A stretch of DNA of 64,000 nucleotides from Hyphomicrobiales bacterium (GTDB lineage Bacteria; Pseudomonadota; Alphaproteobacteria; Rhizobiales; CAJQND01): the NCBI GenBank assembly GCA_028285595.1, contig JANQOW010000016.1, positions 4,956 to 68,955 on the forward strand, in the 5' to 3' direction. Below are positions 35,594 to 46,035 of the stretch, piece by piece. Below the pieces are notes generated by a model. That model did no database searches, was not told where the DNA came from, and worked only from the letters and a program-made list of their open reading frames with translations. Numbering within the stretch: position 1 is the stretch's first letter; every line of letters begins with the position of its first letter. Both the position numbers and the translations under genes were made by a program.

Positions 35594-36374
35594 GGGGCTT
35601 TCCGGATTTTGCCGGCCGCGCGGCACCAGGCGTCTCAAGGCGCGAGCCAAGCTGTTCGCGCAAGGTGCGCCGGGGCACTTCCTTCACCTCCCCGCGCTGA
35701 AGGTCGCCCAACTGAAACGGTCCGTACGACAGCCGAATAAGCCGGTTCACCTGGAGGCCGAGATGTTCCAGCACTCGTTTGACTTCCCGGTTCTTGCCTT
35801 CGCGCAATGACATGGAAATCCACACATTGCCGCCCTGCACCTTGTCGAGCCGGGCATCTATGTTCCCGTAGCGAACCCCGTCAATCTCGATGCCCTTTTT
35901 CAACTGGTCGAGAGCGGGTTGCTCAATCTTCCCATGGGCGCGCACCTTGTAGCGGCGGACCCATCCGGTTGCCGGCAGCTCCAACTCCCTGGCCAGGGCG
36001 CCGTCATTGGTGAGGAGCAGCAAGCCTTCCGTGTTTAAGTCAAGCCGGCCGATGGAAATGAGACGCGGCAGCTCCGGCGGCAGCTTCTGGAATACCGTGG
36101 GGCGGCCCTCGGGATCTTTGTGGCTCGTGACCAGGCCGGAGGGCTTATGATAGCGCCAGAGCCGGGTGGTGTCCGCGTCGGGCAGGGGGGTGCCGTCCAC
36201 CTGGATTTTGTCTTTAGCGGTGACCACAACGGCCGGCGTGTCCAGGACCTTGCCGTTGAGTTTGACCCGGCCGGCCTCGATCATGCGCTCCGCATCGCGG
36301 CGCGAGCAGATCCCGGCCCGCGCGATACGCTTGGCGATGCGCTCGCCTTTTGTTTCTGTGGCATCCTCTGTCAT
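35568..36374 (-). CDS. rluB: rRNA pseudouridine synthase (RsuA/RluB family)
   Basis: S4 domain (RIAKRIARAGICSRRDAERMI), catalytic GRLDLNTEGLLLLTNDG and a basic C-terminal tail. The exact specificity (RluB) is inferred. Confidence 0.88.
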   Translation of the reverse strand: MTEDATETKGERIAKRIARAGICSRRDAERMIEAGRVKLNGKVLDTPAVVVTAKDKIQVDGTPLPDADTTRLWRYHKPSGLVTSHKDPEGRPTVFQKLPPELPRLISIGRLDLNTEGLLLLTNDGALARELELPATGWVRRYKVRAHGKIEQPALDQLKKGIEIDGVRYGNIDARLDKVQGGNVWISMSLREGKNREVKRVLEHLGLQVNRLIRLSYGPFQLGDLQRGEVKEVPRRTLREQLGSRLETPGAARPAKSGKPHAHRRRKS

Positions 36375-36419
36375 GCCCTCTCATAGCAAAGCCCTTGACC
36401 TTGTCCACTGCTTAAGCGC

Positions 36420-36875
36420 ATGAGGCGGGCCATGTCTGAGTTTATGGATATGGCACTGGGAGAAGCAAAGGCCGCCGGCGCACGCGGTGAGGTGCCTGTG
36501 GGCGCGGTGCTGGTGGGCCCGGACGGGGCAGTGCTGGCGCGCGACGGGAACCGCGTTGTGGAGCTGGCCGATCCAAGCGCCCATGCGGAAATGCTGGTGA
36601 TCCGCCAGGCGGCCCGGCAGCTCGGTTCTGAGCGGTTGATCGGCTGTGATCTCTATGTGACGCTTGAGCCGTGTCCCATGTGCGCCGGAGCAATCTCTCT
36701 TGCGCGCATCCGGCGGCTTTACTACGGCGCAGAAGACCCCAAGGCGGGCGGTGTGGATCATGGTCCCCGGGTGTTCAGCCACCCGACCTGTCATCATGTG
36801 CCTGAGGTCTATGGCGGGTTGCAGGAAACAGCGTCTTCAGAGCTGTTGCGTGCTTTTTTTAAAACGCGGCGCTAA
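36420..36875 (+). CDS. tadA: tRNA adenosine(34) deaminase
   Basis: HAEM...LEPCPMCAGA zinc deaminase motifs. About 150 aa. The start may be one of the nearby in-frame ATGs. Confidence 0.9.
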   Translation: MRRAMSEFMDMALGEAKAAGARGEVPVGAVLVGPDGAVLARDGNRVVELADPSAHAEMLVIRQAARQLGSERLIGCDLYVTLEPCPMCAGAISLARIRRLYYGAEDPKAGGVDHGPRVFSHPTCHHVPEVYGGLQETASSELLRAFFKTRR

Positions 36876-37714
36876 CCCCGAAGCGCTCTCACGGCGCCCT
36901 CCAGCGCACGCTTCAATTCATCCTTGGCCGGGCGCGCTGCCGCCATGATGTCGCGGGCCTTGAAGAACTCGCCGGCCCGGAACTGGTCAACCGGCGGATA
37001 GATGTAGATCTCCGGGTCCACCTTCTCGCGGCGCAGGCGGGTGATATGGTGCTGCATCACATAGATCGAGCGGAACGCGCGCTGCAGGTTTGAGGCGGTT
37101 TCATGTTCCTCTTCGCTCAAGCGCCCGCCGGTCACATCAATCGCAACAATGAAATCCGTGTCCTCGCTCACGCGCTCAAACGGCACCGGGTTGCTCATCA
37201 CGCCGTCCACCAGCATGCGCCCTTCATGTTTGGGGGCTTGAATGAGCCCGGGGATCGCCATGCTGGCGGCCACCGCGGCGCGCATGTCTCCGCTGGTGAT
37301 CACCACTTCTTCCTGGGTCGTCAGATCGGTTGCGATGATGGAAAGGGGGATGTTCGTCTGGTCCACACGACCGACCGTCTTCTTGGGCAACACAAGATCG
37401 GCCAGCTTGGACCCTTCGATCATCACGTTGCCAAAGGACTTCACGTCGAACAAATCCCACACGTTCACATCTTTGCTGGCAAAGAGCCGCCGGGCCGTTT
37501 CCATCCGGTTGCCCAGGACAGCTATGGTATGCTCGCGGATATCCTGGCCTGTCAGTCCTGACGCGTACGCGGCTCCAACCAAGGCGCCGAAGCTGGTGCC
37601 GGCAATGCGCGCCGGTTTCAGGCCCAGCTCGTCAAAGGCCTCCACCATGGGGATGTGGGCAATGCCGCGAGCTGATCCGCCGCCAAGCGCAAGCCCGATG
37701 CGCGGTGTGCTCAT
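36872..37714 (-). CDS. Patatin-like phospholipase family protein
   Basis: [14 protein letters not shown] oxyanion motif, GTSFGA nucleophile elbow and DGV catalytic Asp motif. ATGA overlap with the upstream gene. Confidence 0.85.
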   Translation of the reverse strand: MSTPRIGLALGGGSARGIAHIPMVEAFDELGLKPARIAGTSFGALVGAAYASGLTGQDIREHTIAVLGNRMETARRLFASKDVNVWDLFDVKSFGNVMIEGSKLADLVLPKKTVGRVDQTNIPLSIIATDLTTQEEVVITSGDMRAAVAASMAIPGLIQAPKHEGRMLVDGVMSNPVPFERVSEDTDFIVAIDVTGGRLSEEEHETASNLQRAFRSIYVMQHHITRLRREKVDPEIYIYPPVDQFRAGEFFKARDIMAAARPAKDELKRALEGAVRALRG

Positions 37715-38793
37715 GCACCGGCCCTCTTTGCGTAATCCCACGCCACCTTGGAGATCGGCCCCACAAGCGCCTCCATGGCGGCGGCATTGGGATTGGCGGC
37801 GGTGCCGTCACGCACGCGGCCCACAATGCCCTGATAGATTGCCGCCAGGCGGAAGAAGTTGTAGGCGAAGTAGAAATCGAAATTGGGGATGTGGTCGCGT
37901 CCGGTGCGCTCGCAGTAACGGGCGGCATAGTCCTCAATGTCCGGAATGCCCAGGGCCTTCAGATCATGCCCCATCAAAGATCCCACGCCCGCCACCCCAT
38001 CGCTCTGGGGCATGCGCCATTGCATCATGTGGTAGGTGAAGTCGGCGATCGGATCTCCCCTGGTGCACAGCTCCCAATCCAAGACAGCCAGGATCCGCGG
38101 CTCCGTGGGGTGCAGGATGGCATTGTCCAGCCGGAAATCTCCATGCACGATGGTCGGCGGGTTGTCCGGCGGACAGGCGCCCGGCAGCCAGGCGATGAGA
38201 TTGTTCATCTCCTCAATCTCGCTGTCGATCGAGGCCACATATTGCTCTGACCAGCGCTTGATCTGGCGCGCCACATAGCCTTCCGGGCGGCCGAAATCCG
38301 ACAATCCGGACGCCTCCACATCAATGCTGTGCAGCCGGGCGATGGTGGCGTTGAGCTCATCGAAGATCGCCGCCCGCTCTTCAGGCGACACGTTCGGCAC
38401 ATGCGGGTTCCAGATGACGCGGCCAGCCACGAAGTCCATCACGTAGAACATGGTGCCGACCACATCGTCGTCATCGCACAGCAGATGAGGCCTCGCCACG
38501 GGAAAGTCTTGGCCATAGAGGGCGGAGATGACTTTGAACTCCCGGTCCACCGCATGGGCCGATGGCAACAGTTTGCCCGGCGGCTTGCGGCGCAGCACAT
38601 AGGCCCCTGAGGCCGCAGTGATCTTGTAGGTGGGATTGGACTGGCCGCCCTTGAACTGCTCCACCTGGATGGGTCCGGCAAAGCCTTCGATCTTGTCTGA
38701 AAGATAGGCTTCCAGTTTGCGCTCATCGAAGCTCAAGGCTTCGGCGACCGGTTTGGTGCCCTCGTAGGCGGTTTGGCGGCTGTCCTGGGTCAT
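37711..38793 (-). CDS. Phosphotransferase (APH/choline-kinase-like) family protein
   Basis: 360 aa. Brenner motif [13 protein letters not shown] and DWE (LAVLDWELC). Confidence 0.85.
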   Translation of the reverse strand: MTQDSRQTAYEGTKPVAEALSFDERKLEAYLSDKIEGFAGPIQVEQFKGGQSNPTYKITAASGAYVLRRKPPGKLLPSAHAVDREFKVISALYGQDFPVARPHLLCDDDDVVGTMFYVMDFVAGRVIWNPHVPNVSPEERAAIFDELNATIARLHSIDVEASGLSDFGRPEGYVARQIKRWSEQYVASIDSEIEEMNNLIAWLPGACPPDNPPTIVHGDFRLDNAILHPTEPRILAVLDWELCTRGDPIADFTYHMMQWRMPQSDGVAGVGSLMGHDLKALGIPDIEDYAARYCERTGRDHIPNFDFYFAYNFFRLAAIYQGIVGRVRDGTAANPNAAAMEALVGPISKVAWDYAKRAGA

Positions 38794-38851
38794 GCTGGGG
38801 GAGACCTTACCCTTTCAACGCCGGATCGCAAACGACTTTAATGAGCAATGT

Positions 38852-40132
38852 TCAAGACGCTTCACGCGCAACGGCCCGCCAGCCGATATCGCGGCGGCAA
38901 AAGCCCCCGGGCCAGTCAACCTTGTCCACCGCCCCGTAGGCCTTTGCCTGGGCATCGGCGACATTTGCGCCGATCCCGGTGACGTTGAGCACGCGGCCGC
39001 CAGTGGCCAGACACGCACCGCTTGGCGAACGCGCCGTGCCCGCGTGGAAGATCTCCACAGTGTCGCCCGCACCGGCCTCTGCCAGGTTGCCGATTTCCGT
39101 GTTCTTCTCATAGGAGCCCGGATAGCCCTCGGCGGCCATAACCACGGTCAGCGCCACATCATCGATCCATCGGGCGGAAACATGGTCCAACTGGCCGTCG
39201 GCCGCGGCCAGCAGCAAGGTCACCAGATCATCCTTCAGGCGCACCATGAGCACCTGACACTCCGGATCACCGAAGCGCACATTGTATTCGATCAGTTGCG
39301 GGCCTGTGTCTGTGATCATCAGACCGGCAAACAGGACCCCGCGGAAGGGTGTGCCGGCCGCCGCCATAGCAGCGACGGTGGGCGAAATGATTTCATCCAG
39401 GGTGCGCTGGCAGAGCGCATCGCTCATCACCGGGGCAGGGGAATAGGCGCCCATGCCACCCGTATTGGGTCCGGTGTCGCCATCGCCCACCTGTTTGTGG
39501 TCTTGCGCGGTGGCCAGGGGCAGGACGGTCTTGCCGTCGACGAGCGCAAAGAAACTAGCCTCTTCGCCCACCAAAAACGCTTCCACCACCACCTCAGCAC
39601 CTGCGTTGCCAAATGCGCCGGCGAAAATCTCGTCAATCGTCTCGCAGGCTTCTTCCAGGCTTTGGGCGATCACCACCCCCTTGCCGGCGGCCAGCCCATC
39701 CGCCTTGATCACCAGGGGCGCCGACTGTGTGCGTGCGTAGGCCTTGGCCGCCTCGGCCTCGGAAAAACGGGCATAGGCGGCGGTGGGGATGTTGTGTTTG
39801 GCGCAGAGGTCCTTGGTGAAGCCCTTTGAGCCTTCAAGCTGCGCAGCAGCGGCGGACGGGCCGAAGGTCTTGAACCCTGCGGCGGTCAGATCATCAGCAA
39901 TCCCGGCCACCAGGGGCACTTCCGGACCCACCACCACAAAGTCGATCGCGTTGGCTCGGCACAGCGCGATCACCGCCTCATGATCGGAAATGTCCAGCGC
40001 CATGCATTCGGCCACATCCGCAATGCCGCCATTGCCGGGTGCGCAAATCAGCCGGTCGCACAGCGGGCTCTTGGCGATGGCCCAACACAAGGCATGTTCC
40101 CGGCCGCCGGAGCCGATCACCAGGATATTCAT
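38852..40132 (-). CDS. purD: Phosphoribosylamine--glycine ligase
   Basis: [23 protein letters not shown]..., ATP-grasp core, 426 aa. Confidence 0.97.
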   Translation of the reverse strand: MNILVIGSGGREHALCWAIAKSPLCDRLICAPGNGGIADVAECMALDISDHEAVIALCRANAIDFVVVGPEVPLVAGIADDLTAAGFKTFGPSAAAAQLEGSKGFTKDLCAKHNIPTAAYARFSEAEAAKAYARTQSAPLVIKADGLAAGKGVVIAQSLEEACETIDEIFAGAFGNAGAEVVVEAFLVGEEASFFALVDGKTVLPLATAQDHKQVGDGDTGPNTGGMGAYSPAPVMSDALCQRTLDEIISPTVAAMAAAGTPFRGVLFAGLMITDTGPQLIEYNVRFGDPECQVLMVRLKDDLVTLLLAAADGQLDHVSARWIDDVALTVVMAAEGYPGSYEKNTEIGNLAEAGAGDTVEIFHAGTARSPSGACLATGGRVLNVTGIGANVADAQAKAYGAVDKVDWPGGFCRRDIGWRAVAREAS

Positions 40133-40318
40133 ACTTGGGCCTCCCGTTGTTCACACGCTGCTCATAAATCATCCCGACAGGGGCGATGCAACGGGATATG
40201 CACAACCTGTTGCCGGTGCAAAAAGTGGTATGGCTGTGTTTGACCGTTTTGGATATTTTTCAAAGGCCAAATCTGGCCTAAGGCCTCGCAGCTTGAGCTG
40301 ACGTGTCTGGAGAATGAG

Positions 40319-41029
40319 ATGCCCCGTCAAAACGAACTTGGCCAACCCATTGGTGACGCTCTGCCGCAAGGCTGGCAAAGCCCGCCCTATCCGCCGCGCG
40401 AGCCTATGGAAGGTGTGCGGGTGCGCGTGGAGCCGCTGGACCCGGCGCGCCATGCCGCAGACCTGCATGAGGCAAATCTGTTGGACGAGACCGGCGCCGG
40501 CTGGACCTATCTGCCTTACGGTCCGTTTGACACGCTTGAGGCTTACCGCACCTGGCTGGAGACCACGTGCACGAAAGACGACCCTCAGTTTTGGGCCTAT
40601 GTGGACAAGCAGGCGGGCAAAACAATTGGGCTTGGCTCCTATCTGCGCATCAAGCCTGTTGAGGCCTCCATTGAAGTGGGTCACATTCGCCTCTCCCCGC
40701 TGCTGCAACGCACGCCCATGGCCACCGAAGTGATGCACCTGAAAATGAAAAACGCCTTTGATCTCGGTTACCGGCGCTATGAATGGAAGTGCGACGCGCT
40801 CAATGCCCCGTCCCGGCGGGCAGCGGAGCGGCTGGGCTTCACCTATGAAGGCATTTTCCGCCAGGCCACCCATTATAACGGGCGCAACCGGGACACGGCC
40901 TGGTACGCGGTCATCGACAAGGACTGGCCCGCAGTGAAGGCAGCGCACGAGGCCTGGCTTGACCCTTCCAACTTCGATGAGGCCGGCCGGCAGCGCCAGG
41001 CTCTCTCATCACTCTACGGCAAGGTTTAG
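40319..41029 (+). CDS. GNAT-family N-acetyltransferase (RimJ/RimL-like)
   Basis: 236 aa. The acetyltransferase core (IEVGHIRLSPLLQRTPMATEVMHLKM...GYRRYEWKCDALNAPSRRAAERLGFTYEGIFR) is recognised as Acetyltransf_3-like. Confidence 0.82.
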   Translation: MPRQNELGQPIGDALPQGWQSPPYPPREPMEGVRVRVEPLDPARHAADLHEANLLDETGAGWTYLPYGPFDTLEAYRTWLETTCTKDDPQFWAYVDKQAGKTIGLGSYLRIKPVEASIEVGHIRLSPLLQRTPMATEVMHLKMKNAFDLGYRRYEWKCDALNAPSRRAAERLGFTYEGIFRQATHYNGRNRDTAWYAVIDKDWPAVKAAHEAWLDPSNFDEAGRQRQALSSLYGKV

Positions 41030-41033
41030 GCGT

Positions 41034-41921
41034 TTGGAGCAGCAGGCCAAAGGCACGCCCCTTCTCACGGTGGTGCTGATTGGCCTCTTGTGGGGCCTGA
41101 ACTGGCCGGCGGTGAAATACATGCTCACCGAAATGCCGCCCATGACCATCCGGGCGGTGGCTTTTCCCGTGGCGGCTGTCTGCCTGGCACTGATCGCCTG
41201 GGGCCGGGGGGAGCGCCTGAAGCCCGTGGCGGGCGAATTCATCCCCATGATCTTCACCGGTCTTCTGGTGATCTGCGGCTTCAACGTGCTTACCGCTTTG
41301 GGCCAGATGCTCACTGAAACCTCAAAGGCGGCCATCATCGCCTACACCATGCCGGCCATGACGGCAGGCTTCGCGGCCGTCTTTCTGGGCGAGCGCTTGG
41401 GGCGCGCGCGCCTCATTGCGCTGGCCGTGGGCATGGGCGGGCTCGTGGTCTTGGCCTCTGAAGACTTTGGCGCGCTGATCTCCGATCCTGTCGGCCCGGC
41501 CGTCATGTTGGTCGCCGCGCTTTCCTGGGCGCTCGGCAACGTGGCCCTGAAGGCGCGCGAATGGCAGCTCACCTCGCTTTCGCTCACGGTCTGGTTCTTT
41601 GTGGCCTCCAGCGTCTTTATCTGGCCTCTGGTCTTGATCTTTGAGCCGCCCTGGCAGCAGACCTTGCCGAGCGTGCCGGTGCTCGCCACGCTGCTCTATC
41701 ATGCTCTTGGCCCTATGGTGATCTGCTATGCCCTGTGGACGGCCCTGGTGGGCCGCTTGTCGGCCTCGGTGGCCGCGATCACCTCGCTTCTGGCGCCTGT
41801 TGTGGGGGTTTTGTCGGCCGTGGTGCTGTTGGGAGATCCGGTGACCTGGCAGAAGATCGTGGCGCTGGGGATGATCCTCATCTCCATCAAGCTGGCGATC
41901 ACGCCCCAGGCAGAAGTGTAA
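41034..41921 (+). CDS. DMT-superfamily (EamA-like) transporter
   Basis: 10-TM-like hydrophobic profile and duplicated EamA pattern. Start tentatively at in-frame TTG 41034, just after the GNAT stop. The track ORF starts at 40959. Confidence 0.78.
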   Translation: MEQQAKGTPLLTVVLIGLLWGLNWPAVKYMLTEMPPMTIRAVAFPVAAVCLALIAWGRGERLKPVAGEFIPMIFTGLLVICGFNVLTALGQMLTETSKAAIIAYTMPAMTAGFAAVFLGERLGRARLIALAVGMGGLVVLASEDFGALISDPVGPAVMLVAALSWALGNVALKAREWQLTSLSLTVWFFVASSVFIWPLVLIFEPPWQQTLPSVPVLATLLYHALGPMVICYALWTALVGRLSASVAAITSLLAPVVGVLSAVVLLGDPVTWQKIVALGMILISIKLAITPQAEV

Positions 41922-42014
41922 GGCCAGGGCATAAGCTCTGGAACCGGGTGGACAGCCGGCGGGGCTCTCCGCTACACGGGGAAGAAGGACACACCAAAAG
42001 AGCAACCGAGCAAA

Positions 42015-43490
42015 ATGGTGGCAAGCGACGACACCTTAGGCTGGCCCTTCGACGAGGCGGAGGAGGAGGCCCCTGCGCGGCCCAATGTGGTGGAGTACTC
42101 CGTCAGCGAGATCTCCTTTGCCTTAAAACGCACGGTCGAGGATACCTTCGGCTATGTGCGCATCCGCGGTGAACTGGGCCGCGTGTCACGCCCGGCTTCA
42201 GGCCATGTCTATCTCGATCTGAAGGATGAAAAGGCCGTGCTCTCCGGCGTGGTCTGGAAAGGCGTTGCCCAGCGTCTCAAGGTGCAGCCCGAACAGGGAC
42301 TTGAGGTGATCATCACCGGTAAGATCACCACCTTCCCGGGTCAGTCCAAATATCAGGTGGTGATCGACAGCATGGAGCCGGCAGGCGCCGGCGCCCTGAT
42401 GGCGCTTTTGGAGGAGCGGCGCAAGAAACTGGCCGCCGAAGGCCTGTTCGATGAAGAGCGCAAGAAAGAGCTGCCTTATCTGCCCGAGGTGATCGGTGTT
42501 GTAACTTCGCCCTCAGGCGCGGTGATCCGCGATATTCTGCACCGGTTGGCCGACCGGTTCCCGCGCCATGTGGTGGTCTGGCCAGTGCGCGTGCAGGGCG
42601 AGACCTCAGGTGATGAAGTGGCCCGGGCCATCGCCGGCTTCAATGCCCTTGAGGCGGGCGGCCCCATCGCGCGGCCTGATGTGATTATCGTGGCTCGTGG
42701 CGGCGGCTCGTTGGAGGATCTGTGGGGCTTCAACGAAGAGGCTGTGGTGCGCGCAGCGGCCGACAGTGCCATTCCGATCATTTCAGCGGTGGGCCACGAG
42801 ACCGACTGGACCTTGGTGGACCACGCAGCCGATCATCGCGCGCCGACCCCCACCGGCGCGGCGGAACGGGTTGTCCCCGTACGTATGGAACTGGCGGCAA
42901 CGGTGGACGATTACAGCGCGCGTTTGCAGCGCGGTCTGGCGCGGGCGCTTTCAGACCGCAAACAAGCGCTGAGGGCCGCCAGCCGCGGTCTGCCCAAGCT
43001 GGACGAAGCGCTCTCCCTGCCGCGCCAGCGTCTCGATGCGGCAGCCGGGCGCCTGGGCCAGGCGCTGCGCACCAGCACGCAGGCGCAACACAGCCGCTAT
43101 GCCGCCACGGCTGCCCGCTTAACCCGCCGCCCGCTTGAACAGGGCCTGGTGCAAAAGTCCGATGCCGTCGGCGCCTTGTTTGAGCGCAGCCGCCGGGCGT
43201 TTCAGCGCACCACGGAGATCAGGCGCCAGAGCTTGGACACTCAGGCCAAACTGCTGGCGAGCCTTGGTTACCAGTCTGTGCTGGAGCGTGGGTTCGCCCT
43301 GGTGCGGGACGGAAACGGCAAGCCCATCCGAACGGCAAAAGCCGCAAAACCTGAGCAACGCGCCGAGATCCAGTTCCAGGACGGCCGGCTGGCCGCCACC
43401 TTGCACGGGACCCTGTCAGGCAAGGCGCCGCGCCCGCCCAGCCCCAAGAAGAAACAGGGCCCAGAGGAAGGCCAAGGCAGCTTGTTCTAA
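42015..43490 (+). CDS. xseA: Exodeoxyribonuclease VII large subunit
   Basis: OB-fold N-terminus (VSEISFALKRTVEDTFGYVRIRGELGRVSRPASGHVYLDLKDE), GVVTSPSGAVIRDI, ARGGGSLEDLW and GHETD motifs. Confidence 0.93.
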   Translation: MVASDDTLGWPFDEAEEEAPARPNVVEYSVSEISFALKRTVEDTFGYVRIRGELGRVSRPASGHVYLDLKDEKAVLSGVVWKGVAQRLKVQPEQGLEVIITGKITTFPGQSKYQVVIDSMEPAGAGALMALLEERRKKLAAEGLFDEERKKELPYLPEVIGVVTSPSGAVIRDILHRLADRFPRHVVVWPVRVQGETSGDEVARAIAGFNALEAGGPIARPDVIIVARGGGSLEDLWGFNEEAVVRAAADSAIPIISAVGHETDWTLVDHAADHRAPTPTGAAERVVPVRMELAATVDDYSARLQRGLARALSDRKQALRAASRGLPKLDEALSLPRQRLDAAAGRLGQALRTSTQAQHSRYAATAARLTRRPLEQGLVQKSDAVGALFERSRRAFQRTTEIRRQSLDTQAKLLASLGYQSVLERGFALVRDGNGKPIRTAKAAKPEQRAEIQFQDGRLAATLHGTLSGKAPRPPSPKKKQGPEEGQGSLF

Positions 43491-43537
43491 AAAAGGTATG
43501 GTAATTTTCGAGACAACCGCCTAGGTACACAGGTGTT

Positions 43538-43759
43538 ATGAACAGGTTCCAGCCAAACTTCATCGGAGGCCGCGAGGCGCGCGTGCGCTATCTGGATTCC
43601 GATTTTCAGATCATGGTGCAAGGCGATTTCGTGCGCTGCGCCGTGACCGGCAAGCCCATCCCGCTTGATCAACTGAAATACTGGGACGTTGAGCTGCAGG
43701 AAGCCTATGCCACGGCCGAGGTGTCCATGCAGCGCTACCTTGAGAAGACCAAAGCTTAG
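43538..43759 (+). CDS. Small conserved protein (DUF2093-like)
   Basis: 73-aa ORF directly after xseA. The family name is from memory of alphaproteobacterial synteny. Confidence 0.65.
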   Translation: MNRFQPNFIGGREARVRYLDSDFQIMVQGDFVRCAVTGKPIPLDQLKYWDVELQEAYATAEVSMQRYLEKTKA

Positions 43760-43768
43760 GCTTTACCT

Positions 43769-44650
43769 CTACTCGGCAGCCACAAGGGTGTGGCCCACGT
43801 TCGAAACCGATCCGATAATTTGAGACCGCAGAGCCTCAGCGGCGCTGGAGAGCTCACCCGGTTTGGTGATCAGCTCGATGTTGAACTCGCCCAGGGCTGG
43901 AAAGCCGTCCGCTTCGCCCAATATGCGCATGCCGGGTCTCAGGCTGAGTGCCGGCAGTGCCCCGACCGCCAAGCCGGCCATGATCGCTGCGTTCACCGCG
44001 ACGCTGTTGGAGCTGGCGTAGGCGATCCGGTAGGACTTACCCGCCCCTTCCAGCGCGTCAATCGCCATTTGCCGCCAATCGCAGCTGGGGTGTGAAACGG
44101 CGATGGGCAGGAGCTCTTTCTCATGCGCGCAATGGCGCGGCGAGGTGACCCATAAGAGCCTCTCCTGGCGGACCACCTCGCCATACACCAACCCACCTTG
44201 GCAGGTGTGCAGACACAGGTCCAAATCGCCCGCCTGGGTTCTCTCGCGCAAAACCCGGCTGGGCAGGCACTCCACATCAACTTCCACCATGGGATGGGTG
44301 CGTGAGAACGTGGCCAGCACTTCAGGCAAGAGCCGCTCCGCATAATCATCCGGCGTGCCCAAACGCACCACGCCGGCGCAATCGGGCTCGGTGAAGGCCT
44401 GCATGGCCTCGTCAGACAGGCGCACAATGCGCCGGGCGTAATCGAGCAGATGTTCCCCATCGGCCGTCAGCCGGTTGATGCGCCCATCGCGCACAAATAA
44501 AGACTTGGAGACGATCTCTTCCAAGCGCTTCATCTGCATGGAGACCGCTGACTGGCTCTTGAACACCTCCTGGCCGGCTCTTGAAAAGCTGCCCGTGTCG
44601 GCGATGGCGATGAAGGTGCGTAACAAATCCACGTCGAGATTGAGCGCCAT
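43769..44650 (-). CDS. LysR-family transcriptional regulator
   Basis: N-terminal HTH (LDVDLLRTFIAIADTGSFSRAGQEVFKSQSAVSMQMKRLE). 293 aa. Confidence 0.9.
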   Translation of the reverse strand: MALNLDVDLLRTFIAIADTGSFSRAGQEVFKSQSAVSMQMKRLEEIVSKSLFVRDGRINRLTADGEHLLDYARRIVRLSDEAMQAFTEPDCAGVVRLGTPDDYAERLLPEVLATFSRTHPMVEVDVECLPSRVLRERTQAGDLDLCLHTCQGGLVYGEVVRQERLLWVTSPRHCAHEKELLPIAVSHPSCDWRQMAIDALEGAGKSYRIAYASSNSVAVNAAIMAGLAVGALPALSLRPGMRILGEADGFPALGEFNIELITKPGELSSAAEALRSQIIGSVSNVGHTLVAAE

Positions 44651-44827
44651 AAGGGTTCTCGCAATTCATCAAGAATGTTGATTGGTAATATTTAAAACAT
44701 TCGTTTGATAAATCAATAGCCAAAGCTCACATATCAGGCACACCACACGCCGACAGGCATCCGGCCCCGGGACCCGTGGGGCAAACGTGGAAGCAAGAGC
44801 GCTTCCGGCGAACAGGAGAACTGTGCC

Positions 44828-45100
44828 ATGACGACACTAGAAGACGTAAGACTGCACTCCAGCGATTACCCGCAGTGGATCCGCACCGCCGTGCGGCTCT
44901 ATCACAACTGGAAAACCCGCAATCAGGTCCGCCAATTGGAGACCTATGACGCCCGAATGCTGGATGACATGGGCGTTACCCGAGATGAGGTGATGTGGGC
45001 CGCACGCCTGCCGCTCACCTTGAACGCAGCCTGGGAACTGCGCCACCGCTCGCGCACCAGGCGCCTGGCAGACCGGGCCATTGGCTCAGCCCGCCGCTAG
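44828..45100 (+). CDS. DUF1127-domain protein
   Basis: WKTRNQVRQLETYDARMLDDMGVTRDEV matches the DUF1127 signature (R-x-L-x-x-L-D-x-R-x-L-x-D-I-G). Divergent from the LysR gene. Confidence 0.75.
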   Translation: MTTLEDVRLHSSDYPQWIRTAVRLYHNWKTRNQVRQLETYDARMLDDMGVTRDEVMWAARLPLTLNAAWELRHRSRTRRLADRAIGSARR

Positions 45101-45110
45101 GAGCTGGAGC

Positions 45111-45863
45111 TCAGTACCCACCACGACGGATGGCCTGCTCAACTGAACTGAGCAGGTCATCTGCAATATCCCCACCGGGGCTGCCCCTCCCGAGCATGTC
45201 CTCCAGCCGCTCCCGGCCCTGGTGGGGATCACGCCGAAAAACACTGTCATCAAAAGAGGTATCAGGCTCTTCCTGCCGGTAGGTGGGCCGGCCTTGCGGC
45301 ATACCGCCGCCGAGCGATCCCCCCAGAATGTCTTTCAAAAGGTCTCCGAGGCCGCCCCCGCCGCCTCCCGGCATTTGCCGCGGTTGGGGTTGGCGCTGGG
45401 GCGCGCGCTGTTCGGGTAGGGGGAAGGGAAGCCCGCCGCCTGACCCCGCACCCATGCCTTTGGTGATGGAGCCCAAGACCATGGACGCGATGACCGGCAG
45501 CAACTGCTTCAAGATGGCGCTGCCGATGCCAGACGAGCCGGCCAACTGCTGCGCCACGCCGCGGCTGACATCCTTGGAGCCGAAAATGTGGCCCAAGATC
45601 TTGTTGCCATCGGCGGCCACGTTACCGAACTGGGTGGCATCCGGATTGTCGAAATACTGTTCATGGCGCCCGCCCGACACCGCGTTGATCAGGCTGTCAT
45701 ATCCTCCGTCTTGCGCCATATTGCGGCGCACGCCCGAGGCGATCACGGGAGCCAGCATTTCGAACGCGAGTTGTGACTGCTCCTGGGAGAGCCCGAACTG
45801 CCGGCCAACATTTCTGACGGCCTGGCCGCCTTGAGCTTGGGCAAGTATGTCGAATAGTTCCAC
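45111..45863 (-). CDS. DUF937-domain protein
   Basis: 250 aa. The N-terminus (FDILAQAQGGQAVRNVGRQFGLSQEQSQ) and repeated helical modules are recognised from memory as DUF937. Gly/Pro-rich C-terminal half. Confidence 0.7.
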   Translation of the reverse strand: MELFDILAQAQGGQAVRNVGRQFGLSQEQSQLAFEMLAPVIASGVRRNMAQDGGYDSLINAVSGGRHEQYFDNPDATQFGNVAADGNKILGHIFGSKDVSRGVAQQLAGSSGIGSAILKQLLPVIASMVLGSITKGMGAGSGGGLPFPLPEQRAPQRQPQPRQMPGGGGGGLGDLLKDILGGSLGGGMPQGRPTYRQEEPDTSFDDSVFRRDPHQGRERLEDMLGRGSPGGDIADDLLSSVEQAIRRGGY

Positions 45864-46035
45864 CTGTCATCCTCCCTGTGCCACGCTATGGCTGATTGTG
45901 TCTCACGTAGGGCGATTACGCCGCAAAACCAGGGTCCAATCAACCAAATAGGTCGAATTAATTTCATCGGCTTTGCAGTTTGTTAAGCGTAAGTGGGCAT
46001 GATTGGCGTGAGTTTGTGTGTAGGAGTGAGTACCC